64,000 bases of DNA from the NCBI RefSeq assembly GCF_006345805.1, contig NC_043013.1:36890001-36954000 (forward strand). The letters run 5' to 3'. Source of the stretch: Octopus sinensis. Lineage: Eukaryota. Below the pieces are notes generated by a model. It worked only from the letters and a program-made list of their open reading frames with translations. It searched no databases and was not told the origin of the DNA. Of the stretch, positions 53,495 to 64,000 are shown one piece after another (within the stretch, counting starts at the first letter, position 1; each line of letters opens with the position of its first letter). Position numbers and translations under genes: made by a program.

Positions 53495-54364
53495 GTAATG
53501 GTGCGAACCAAGACCAAGTCCTTATGTGTCCCTATTGCAATTATACCAGTATAAGTGAAATGAGAATCCAGGCTCATGTTCTAGCACAGCATACCACACC
53601 TAAGTCCCCGACCACAACACCGTCATCGACCCCGGCGTTGCCAAATACCAACATCTGCTGCCCACTTTGCCAGGATGACTTTCGCGAGAAAAGACCACTG
53701 GAAAATCACCTCATCCAGGTGCACAATGTGTCGCCCGAGGGCATGCACCGCCTGCTGGCTATGGTGGATCAAGAGTGGTTAGCGAATGCTGGAGGTAACT
53801 GCAATACAAGTAACAACAGCAACAGTAATAATAACAGTAGTAGTAGTAGTAATACTAACGCTAACAACAGTGGCAGTGTGAGCAACAACAACAACAACAG
53901 CAGCAGTGGCAGCAGCGGTGGCTCTACCATTGCTGCCTCCAGCACCAACACCTCTACGACAACCACCACTACCACCACCATCACCACGTCCACCACATCT
54001 ACTACTAGCAGCAATAGTAACAGCAACTGCAATAGCGGCAGCATCAACAGCAGCAATTCATCTTTGAACACTAACAACGGCAGCAGCATCAACAGCAATA
54101 ACTGCAGCAGTACAAACACTACAACAACCAACAGTAACAATAGCAACACCACTGCCAACAACAATAATAACAACTGTAGTAACAACAACAACATTTCCAT
54201 TGCAACAACTACCAACACAACAGTGACAACGATAGCAGGCAGTGGCCTGTTGCCTACAATTAACAAAGGCTTGTCTTTCCCTTCAGCCATGTTGCCATTT
54301 GAAGATGCCAAAGATGGTAACTTGGATCCACTGGAATTAGAAGATGCTTATTTGGGTGAAGATG
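53495..54364 (+). CDS. ZFHX3/4 (zfh2): Internal coding exon B of the ZFHX3/4 (zfh2)-like gene; phase 1-1, 870 nt; two C2H2 zinc fingers followed by an N/S/T low-complexity tract
   Basis: Branch-like CTAAT at 53470-53474, acceptor ttttattatttcag|, donor GATG|gtaaga. Fingers CPYCNYTSISEMRIQAHVLAQH and CPLCQDDFREKRPLENHLIQVHNVSPEGMHRLLAMV resemble, from recall, the ZFHX3 pair CPYCKYS...H..TQH and CPLCQD...HL...HSV.P..V.KL. The track ORF 53524-54534 starts inside the exon and reads through the donor. Confidence 0.92.
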
Positions 54365-55404
54365 GTAAGAAGGAACTATTATTTTCTGCTGGAGAGCACT
54401 TACTTTTTTGTCGATTGCTTGTTTGTGTGTGTGTATCTGTGATGAATTCTCCCTCTTTATATGGTAAACACGTATGTTCATCTTGCTTGAATCTTGTTCA
54501 AGAACATTCTTTGGGTGGATGTCTGGGTGGATGAAAATACTCTTTTATATATGTGTGTTTGTATGTCTGCTTGAAGCTATTTGTGTTATGCCTTTTGATT
54601 TTGATTTTGGTTTTTGATTTACAAGGTATTCAGAGGAGAAAAGGGTGGCCTTCGTGAACTCCCTCGTCTTCCCAGTTTGAACATCTGTAAGACAAAAATG
54701 AGGTGGATGACAGTCTTTAACAATAGTTAGCTCGTTTGTATGAGTTAATAATACATGCATATGTGTGTGTGATTTAAGTAGCCTAGAACAAGAAGAGCAA
54801 TGCTCATGACCTTTTACAGAACCCCCCAGAACTGAAAGAATGAAATGAAGAACAATTTATCTTCAAATCAGAACCCTTGCCAAAATGCTTGCAAAGGAAT
54901 AAGATTTCAGTTAAGACAATCCATCACTGAGTCACAGATTAAACCTGCCACCCAAGATCAGGAAAGGATGCTTCTTGGTGGCTTCTACTCTCTTACTGTT
55001 AACGTATTTCAACTCACAACACTTTAGTTGACTGTCGACTATGATTAGAAGAAGATTCTTACTCAAAGTGTTGCACATTGAGATTGGATTTCAAACCATT
55101 TAGTTGCAAAGCAAATTTTTACCTACACAACCATGCCTGAGCTTGTGTGCTTTAACCTAAGCCAGCATGGACAACACACATTAAATGATGATGATGATGT
55201 GTGGGTGTTTGCTTTTATATACACTCACAAACATTAAGACTGTTCTGGTGGTTTGTTGCTCTACAGTTTCCAAGATATGTAGACACTTCTTGAGACAAGT
55301 CAGACTGGGTAAAGAAAGTTTGTGCTCCAGAGTAACGGGCCATTCAGCTTGCCTCAATATTGTACTCTGCTTTCATATTGAGTTCTTTGGTCTCTAATTT
55401 ATAT

Positions 55405-55486
<82 letters not shown>

Positions 55487-58400
55487 TATGGACATTCTTA
55501 AGTATGTGTTTCCTGAAAAATCATTTGAAATGCTTGTGTGACTGTATTTGTATGTGCTTACATGTATATTTGTGGTGAGCATGCCCCCCACTGTGTAAAT
55601 TCATAGGAGAATATTATCTTCTAATGATTTAATGTTAAATATGGCATAGTGTCAACAGTCAAGGTGAGAACTATTCAATGGCTAATTGTTCACTTACAGA
55701 TGGACTCTCTGTTGTGTTTAAGGTACCGAGGTACCATAAAGCAACATTTGGGCCACACTCTTCTGGAGTCTCTCGTTTTCTCTCATTGCTTTCCTTCTCT
55801 TTACTGTCTTATACACTCACATATATTCTTTCATTCCATTGAATTCATGACTGCAATTTCACTTTTCTCAAACAGACTGAACTTAAAGTTCTAATATTCT
55901 TGCCTTTCAACCAACCTCTCCTTCCTTCCAAGAGTATAAACACATGCACACACAAACACACACACACAATAAGAAATAGCAATAGTTTTAAAATTAAACA
56001 CTAAATTTTCTTTCATTGTCTCTGGTTTTCTAAGAATTTATTATTGTGCATGCGCTTGGCTGCATGCTTTTCCTCCTCACCCACACACATATATATATAT
56101 ATACACATGCACTCAGTCGTGTATGTGTGTATTTGGCAGCAAACACACATTGATACATGCATTATTACACTTCATATAGGTATGTGTGTTTTTGCATACA
56201 AAGATGTGTGTGTATGTACACACACACGGTATATGCTACATGCCATCTGTTGTCCATAATTTGCTGTCAGCTATGACATTGCACTAATGGCCACTTACAC
56301 CACCACCACCACCACCATCATCATCATCTCCTCTGTCATAGAGACTCCATACACACACACACACACACACACATGTATACTGACAGACTATCTTTCCGCC
56401 TTTCTCCAGATTCCTCTTTTTTTTCAACCTCACTCTCAATTTCTCAAAGTCATAGTTTGTGTATAGATGTCTGTCACACACACACACATACACACACACA
56501 TACATATCTATAGTTCTTTTCTTTCTTGGACTCTCTCTTTCACCTCATGTTTGTCTTACCTTCACCTCTCTAGATTATCTTCTATCTTTTTCTTTCTCTC
56601 TATAGCTTTTAGGTTTTCTTCTTTCTTTTTTACTCCCCCCCTCTCTCTCTCTCTTGCACACAAACTCAGATGAACTCTTCCCCTCTTTATCTCTCTCTCT
56701 CACTCCCTCTTCTCTATAAAAAGAGAGAATCAATAAATTACTTTGATAATCTATGTGAAGTCGGCAAAACATGTCGACCACTTGCCCCAAGCAAGCCATC
56801 TGCTACTGATGGCTCTTCTACCTTGAATTTTCTTTTTTCTTTTACATTCAACTTTATTTTCAATTTATTTCATCTATATTATTAGTATTATTATTATGAT
56901 TATTATTATTATTATTATTGCTCTTAGTATTATCCTTATCGTTATCATTAGTGTTATTATTACCATTGTTGTTGTCACTATTATTAACCTAGCAATAAAT
57001 TTCACTGGTTTCACAGAGCAAATCATCACAGGGCCACAGCTGGCTTGGCACAGTGTTGTTGTTGTTGCTAGAACAGAAAGAGGCCAGCTTGTGGATTTTT
57101 AATGCATACCAGTCACTGTATTCATACCTTACTAATTTAGATTGTATCGTCAACCTTGCCTCTGCAATTATTACCTACCACCATCATCATCATCATCATC
57201 ATCATCATCATTATCATTGTCATCATTGTGCTCTTAGCCCAACTAAATTGATAAATGATCGATTGGCTGATTCTTTCCCCAACTCTGAAGCAAGCATGAA
57301 GTGTTGTCTTTCTTGCTTTGTTAGTGATCGTGTCTTCTGCAGTAGGTGCAAGCTAACAAAGGCTATACTTCCCCATGATACCTATTTACTTCTGAGTGAA
57401 CAACGTACAGTCAGAGCTTGGAGCTAAAGGCAAAAGTGCTGATGATGGACTATGAATGGAGTGTCAAATGTATGGCTCAAACATCATTGGAGTTAATCTG
57501 TCCTCTTATCCACCTCGTGTTACTGCTGACATCAATATTGAGACATCAGGGAAGTTTGCAATCCCAATCACAAGATAATCTGGTACAAGACTCCTCACTG
57601 ATCTTCATATGGGGAACAGGGTTTGCATCTGTAACCATGATCTACCCAGGTGGTCAGAATTTACAACATATCTAGTTAGTTAACTACAATAACAACAACA
57701 ACAACAACATCAAGTCAGTACCACAAGCAAAAGAGGAATGATACAGATTGTGCAAGTGCGGTCACTTAACTCTTTAACTGAAGTAGATCTGACACAGTGG
57801 GTGAGGGGAGGGATTATATATCTTATTTCTACTATATCTGCAAGTGCTTGTGTGTCTGTTCAAAGAAATTAAGTGACATATCAGCTGATGTATTTCTGTC
57901 CCTACAAAAAAAAAAGAAAAAAGAAAAACCGAAATTGGTATGTTCATAGTTGGAACATCTTTGGACGTAGGTCTGCTTGATTCTGGCATCCTTGGGTCTG
58001 AACAACTTCAGCAGCAGCAACCTCACAGTTCTTACTAAGACAAGTGAGACTTGTCAGTAAATAGCCATAGCCAAGGTTCTTAATAGACAATTGTAGTTGA
58101 TTTGACAATCTTGACAACAAAGGATTGATTTTTTATTTTTGTTTGAAATCAGTCGTTGATGATGATAGAAGCCATGATTATGATGTCAATACAATAATTT
58201 CAGTTGTGATAATGATTATTCATTTAAATTGCAATGAAGCTACAAATTTTAGTGAGTGGGGAGGAGTTGCAGTTGCATGGATAAGTCACAGAATACACCT
58301 GGTATGATTGCAGGGACTGCTATAGAGCAGGGAAAGTAAAACTGACCCCCAATTCTAGCCCTGGCTGGATTCAGTCTAAGGACTTTGATGGTACTCATTC

Positions 58401-58541
58401 ACCACTAGTGGTCATATTTAGGTCACCACTCCATCCCTCCACTCATCTTAGATTTTGATACTTGTACTAAAATGAGAAAAGGAAATTAAAAGTAAATCAG
58501 ATGAAAAATACAGTTTATGTGTATGTATAATATTTACACAC

Positions 58542-58574
<33 letters not shown>

Positions 58575-59270
58575 ACCTTTCATATAGAAGTTGTTATGAA
58601 ATCAACCTACTTAATCTTATATAATGCTTGTCATTTTCAGTATGCAGGAGTGTGTTTGAATTTGTGTGTGTGTGTAAGTGTGTATGTGTGTTTGTTTGTT
58701 TTTTTATTTAATGTTTGCTTGTCTTTTCTATTCATTTAAATGAATTCCAACTGGCCAGGGTGTGCCACATCATTAAATGGCAGATATCTCACCTTTCTAT
58801 CTACCTTCCTATACAAACACACATACATACATATGCACATGCTTATATATCTGTGTATATACTAACCTCTGTGTGTGTTTGTGTGTAACATGGACATTAA
58901 ATGATGAACAATCACATATGTGTGTGTATGTATGTATTGAGAGAGTGGAGAGGGGTTAGTGTGTGTTATATGATGAATGCAGGTATTGTAGTTCGTTTCT
59001 CAATTCCTAATGATGAATTCTCCGAGATGATCCCACTGTGTAGCATCTTGGACAGTGGTCTTACCAAAGTCAAGGCTTATAAATTACAGTTGGATTGACA
59101 GAAAATGTACCATGCTTGGGGAGGTACATCAAGGGTACCTGTGTTTCAACAAGACAGTCCATCTTGAGCACAGGTTGTTTGTTTATATTTGTACTATACT
59201 TATATGTATATAGGGTGAAATATTCGTAATTGATAAGTCTTAAAATAAAAAAGAAAATGCTATATATATA

Positions 59271-59612
59271 TTGCTTACCAACCACATGGTTCTGGGTTCA
59301 GTCCCACTGCGTGGTACCTTGGGCAAATGTCTTCTACTATAGCTTCATGCCAACCAAAGCAAGTGGATTTGGTAGATGGAAACTGAATGAAGCCCATCGT
59401 ATATATGTTTATGTGTCTGTGTTTGTCCCCTCACCATCACTTGACAACTGATGCTGGTGTGTTTACGTCTCCATAACTTAATGGTTCAGCAAAAGAAACT
59501 GATAGAATAAGTAGTAGGCTTACAAAGTATAAGTCCTGGTGTTGATTCCTTCGACTAAAGGCAGTACTCCAGCATGACCACAGTGAAATGACTGAAACAG
59601 ATAAACAAAAAA
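59271..59612 (+). mobile_element. SINE family A, 5'-truncated copy
   Basis: ttgcttaccaaccacatggttctgggttcagtcccactgcgtggtaccttgggcaaatgtcttctactatagc...ccagcatgaccacagtgaaatgactgaaac; reverse complement of the 16145-16535 copy. Confidence 0.88.
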
Positions 59613-60872
59613 GAAAGAATCGCGTGTGTGTGTGTATGGTCATGTATATAACCCCATAGATGTGGATTTCCTTGATAAATGCTTAGCTTGTTCATCACAA
59701 CCTTACCTCTCTACTGTTATGCTATTCCATTTAAACTCTCCTTGTAATTCATTCATCAAATAATTACACACTGCAGTTGGTGCGAGTGTTGTTGCTGTAG
59801 TTGTTGTTATTGTTTTGGTAGAGACAACATACACGTCTTGCTTCTCTTCTTTCAAATGGGTCAAAGATTAAACTACTTGTGTGCAATTTTATATATCTTG
59901 TATAGGAAAGAAAAATGTGTGTGTGTGTGTGTGTGCTTCTTGAATTTTGTAATTTCATTCCTAAGGAGATTTGAAGGAAGTTTAATTAGATATGTTTGCT
60001 TTTTCTTTCTTTCTTCTCATGCTTTCTTTCTCCCCCCCCCTTACTCTCCCTACCACTTTATTTCTCTTTCTCACACTCTTGGTCCCTATTGTCTGATAAA
60101 ACTATAATCCTCAGGACTGTGGTTTCGTGGTTCAATGGTGATGGTCATGGTGATGATGATTATTGTATGTTGGGATGTTGTTGGTAGACAGTTTATTAAG
60201 TAAATAGTGATTGTTGTTGTAGTGGTGGTGGTGGTGGTAGGGTGGCATGGAATATAAGGTCAGTAGTGGTATTGGTAGAGAATATGAAATTAGCTATATT
60301 GGTGTTGGTATGAGGTCAGATATTGTGATGGTAGAGAGAAAATAAGGTTGATAATGTTGACTGTGGTGGTGATGGTGATATGAGGTGAGTGGGTGGTGGT
60401 GGTGTTGGTGATTTTATTTTGTTTTTCTTTTCTTTTTTTTTTGTCTACCATTGGCCTAAAACCCTGATTCATAGTATATAAAGGAAGCTATTTGCATATT
60501 AATTAAAAGACTAAAGAAACAGGCTTCTTTCTTTCCTCTTTATCTTAGTTTTTTTTTTCCTTTTTCATTCTCTTTTTTTTTCTTGTCATTCTCATTTGAT
60601 ATTACATTCACACATCCACACATATATAGATTTGTAGATGTATCAAATGTCTATACACACATCTATATCCCTTGTTAATAAAAAAAATAACCTAGTTTAT
60701 ACACGCACATACACACTGTATGTGTGTGTATGTATACAAGTGCATTTTTTTCTTTTTAATCTTCCATCTTTTCACTCTTGCTGTCTATTTATTATCCATC
60801 ACCTTGTCTTCCATTTGATTAACCTGGCTTTCTTTCCAATTGTTTATGTGCCATGTATTTCCTGCTCCCTAG

Positions 60873-60993
<121 letters not shown>

Positions 60994-61079
60994 CATATAT
61001 ATATGATTTCTCTTGAATGAAACAGTTCTAGTCCTGTAGAAGCTCCTTCTATATAATAAATAAATAAATAAATAAATAT

Positions 61080-61114
<35 letters not shown>

Positions 61115-62882
61115 TTATTTATTTATTTGTGTGTGTGTGTGTGTGTAATATATATATATATACAAACACCTCTCTCTATCTGTTTTGCTGTTAATGGTTG
61201 TGTAGTCTCTCTCTCTCTTTCTCTGATCCACTTCTTCCCCCCCACTCTCCCTTCTCTCTAATTGTCTCTGTCTTTCTATTTGTTTCTTGGTTGTCTTCTT
61301 TCTAATCACCCCCTCCTTACCCCAGCACCCATCCCTGTTGGTGTGGTTGTTGTTGTTGTTGTTTATTAACACAATGGAAACAATTTATTAATGCTGACAC
61401 TCAACCCAAATATGTCAGCCAGTTTAGATAACTTGATGACTGAGTGCAATGTGGCTACTTTAGAGACAGTCAGGGTGGAGTGAGATGAGTTGAGGTGTGA
61501 GTGGAGGTGGAGAGAGAGAGAGAGTGTGTGTGTGTGTGTGTGTGTGTGAGTGGAGGGGTGGCAGATAAGTATGTGTATGAGAGAGAGAAAGAAACAAGAG
61601 AAAGAGGTAGATAAGCAAGAACCAGAGAGGTGTGTGTTGGGGGTGAATAGTTGGAAAGGCAGAGTTAAGAGAAAGAGAGTATGATTGAGGTAAATCAACC
61701 TAATGAAGAGAACAAGAGAGAGAGAGAGGGGGGAAGGGAGAGAAAGAGAGAGAGAGAAATGTAAAGGGATTCTTAGGAAGAGAGATAAGTTGAGAGTGAG
61801 AATGAATGACAGGGTGAGAGTGGATGTTGAGTTGAGTGGTCTTAGAAGTGGAAGCTGGAAGTGTGGAAGGTCAAGACAAAGAAGGGAGGGAGGGGAGAGA
61901 GATATCCTTACACTTGTTGTCTTGCTGGTGTCCCATTTCTTTTTAGAGCTGTGTGTGTCTTTGTATGTATATGCAGTGTTAAAGGTCTGGCTTCCATACA
62001 GAATTTATATTTATAAACTTTTATTAGTAGTCAGGAGGGGTGAAGGGTGCCCCTACTTTGCAGGGGTCCTTTTAGAATGATGGGATCGTTGCTGTGGAAG
62101 TCCAGCTTGAACTTAGGCAGATCAATGTTTGCAGCAAAAACATGGGTTGTGAGTTCCCATCTCTGAATGCTTACAAGAAAAAGGAATTCTGTTGGTGGTA
62201 ACTTTAAACCAAAGGGCATGTTACAGGCCTATTATCAAACTTGGGATTCCTATAAAAGGCAAAGAAAATCCAGACAGCTGAGTAAGATAAGAAAAAAATA
62301 AAAGAGAGAAGAGAGAGATGTGCTAGTTGCATTATATTGTGAAAACTTAAGTGAATTTTGAGAGTCTCAGAATAAGCATCTTGCTTTTCTAAACTTTATC
62401 TATAACAAGGAATTGGTTGTAAAGAAAGGCAATTCCTGGAAGTCCGCATCCTCTGTTGCCCCAATAAAGGAGGGCGTCATGAATTTAGACTTGCTTGTGA
62501 ATTATATATCTTTTAATTGATACCCTGCAAATATTATACAGTAAATTGATCCAGTTTGATTTATTGTTTGATGGTCAGATATGTCTGTCTATCCATATAT
62601 GTATCTATTAGTAAAGGAAACTACCAACCTTATTTGGAAATGAGGGAGTGATCCTTGTAACGTTCTTGACTTGTGGGTCAAATAGCCACCACTTCCATTT
62701 ATAATTTGTTTGTTGATTCAGTTCACTGGTACTTTTTCCTTCTTATGATAGAACACTGGTCACAACAATTAACAACATATACACATATGATGATGATGAT
62801 GTATATATATATATGATTAAAAATGCATGTGCATTTATAAATATGTATTGAGTTTTCAATTATTTTCTCTTTTTACTTTCAG

Positions 62883-64000
62883 CAATTGATACTGCAAGCT
62901 TGAGTGAAAAGGAACTGGATGACCAATTTAGATGCCAGACTTGTACACAGACATTCACAAATATAGATTCGCTTTACACTCATCAAAATGATCTTGGGCA
63001 CCTGGAGCTGAAGCAAACGCCACGTGGTCCCGGCTACCTGTGCTGGAAAAAAGGTTGTAATCAGTATTTCAAAACTGGCCACTCATTGCAAGTTCATTTC
63101 CGTGAAATCCATGCCAAACGGCAGAAAATCTCGATATCTGAACGACACGTCTACAAATATAGGTGCAACCAGTGTAGCCTCGCTTTTAAAACTATAGATA
63201 AACTACAGCAACACTCCCACTACCATTTGATTCGAGAATCAACTCGATGCAGCATCTGTGGTCGGAGTTTCCGCTCAACATTGGCCCTGAAAAAACACAT
63301 TGAGCTGGCACATTCTGATGGAACCGAGAACTCTACATCAATACCCGGGGTGCCTGTTAATGATGCTGATCTGCTCAATAGCCAGGCTGGAGGCTGGGGT
63401 ATCTGCTCAAAACTGGATGTTTCCCCTGGACCTGGTTTGATGGCACCCAGTGACATGCCAAGTCTCCATGCAAATTCCATGACCCTGCCGATGAGCTGCA
63501 AAAGCCCATCGTCTATAGACTCTAAACCTTCTATTTCAACTCTAGATCCCATGGGGTCTCTGCTGAGCAGCACATTGATAAAGACGGAACCATTGGATAA
63601 GAGTGAGACTGACAGATCCCTCGCTGCTTTCGAAAGTAGCGCTGATCTCAACAGCGGCATCATGAACGGTGAAAGTAAAGCTGAGCTGACTGATAACTTA
63701 ATGCTGGATGAATCCATTCCAGGTGAAGGCGATGAGGGTAGTTTGGATAGCGTTTCTAGTTCGTATAAAGAGCAACAGTTCATGGAGGACTACATCAACA
63801 GCCAGGCCATTGCTGAAGGCAGTTATGAAGATCCACTGCGTAAGTTCAAATGCCATAGGTGTAAGGTGGCCTTCACAAAGCAGAGTTACTTGACCGCCCA
63901 CAACAAAACTTTACAACACCGGAAAGGGGACAAGTTGAGTTACCCAATGGAAAAGTATTTGGATCCTAATCGTCCTTATAAATGTGATGTATGCAAAGAG
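62883..64000 (+). CDS. ZFHX3/4 (zfh2): Coding exon C (3'-incomplete) of the ZFHX3/4 (zfh2)-like gene; five zinc fingers plus the start of a sixth
   Basis: Acceptor ttttctctttttactttcag|CA, phase 1, joins exon B (G+CA = Ala). Hand translation gives 372 stop-free codons to the window end: CQTCTQTF...[32 protein letters not shown]...[88 protein letters not shown] and [35 protein letters not shown] and MEK.LDP.RPYKC.VCKE are ZFHX3/4/zfh2 signatures. Confidence 0.96.

Noticed and set aside
53769-54311. 180-aa poly-Leu/Val ORF on the - strand, resembling a membrane protein
   Set aside because: It is the antisense shadow of the AAC/AGC/ACC codons in exon B.
54365-54534. Read-through of exon B into a Cys-containing 56-codon tail
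   Set aside because: It follows a strong G|GTAAGA donor and includes (TG)n-derived CVCV, so it is most simply open intron sequence. Intron-retention reads would be needed to revive it.
63220-63783. 187-aa - strand ORF (also 63698..63901 and 63708..63893)
   Set aside because: These are shadow frames of exon C; the + frame carries the conserved fingers.

Overview
This is eukaryotic, AT-rich, very microsatellite-dense genomic DNA. The SINE/MITE families and repeat landscape point to an octopus (coleoid cephalopod); that assignment is inference from recalled repeat sequences, not a search. The window is almost entirely intronic sequence of one + strand gene, a zinc-finger homeobox factor of the ZFHX3/ZFHX4/zfh2 family. 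Three consecutive coding exons can be read: A 18889-19041 (153 nt, absent from the ORF track), B 53495-54364 (870 nt, two C2H2 fingers plus a 145-codon Asn/Ser/Thr tract) and C 62883->64000 (five fingers plus the start of a sixth, runs off the window, also absent from the ORF track). They join in frame through phase-1 GT-AG introns of 34,453 and 8,518 nt. The introns hold a decayed DD37D (maT-type) Tc1/mariner element, a mariner-type MITE, several tRNA-derived SINE families (one nested in another with a target-site duplication), an RTE LINE 3' fragment, a near-identical ~902-bp tandem duplication bounded by (TA)n tracts, and many simple repeats. Almost all other ORFs in the track are microsatellite translations. 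I found no CRISPR array, rRNA, functional tRNA or prokaryote-type system, and no new biological system is demonstrated. The most promising leads concern splicing: a candidate recursive splice site at 26841/26842, two symmetric exons that could form a stop-free circular RNA, and an exon B acceptor that regenerates a donor. All are hypotheses needing RNA data.
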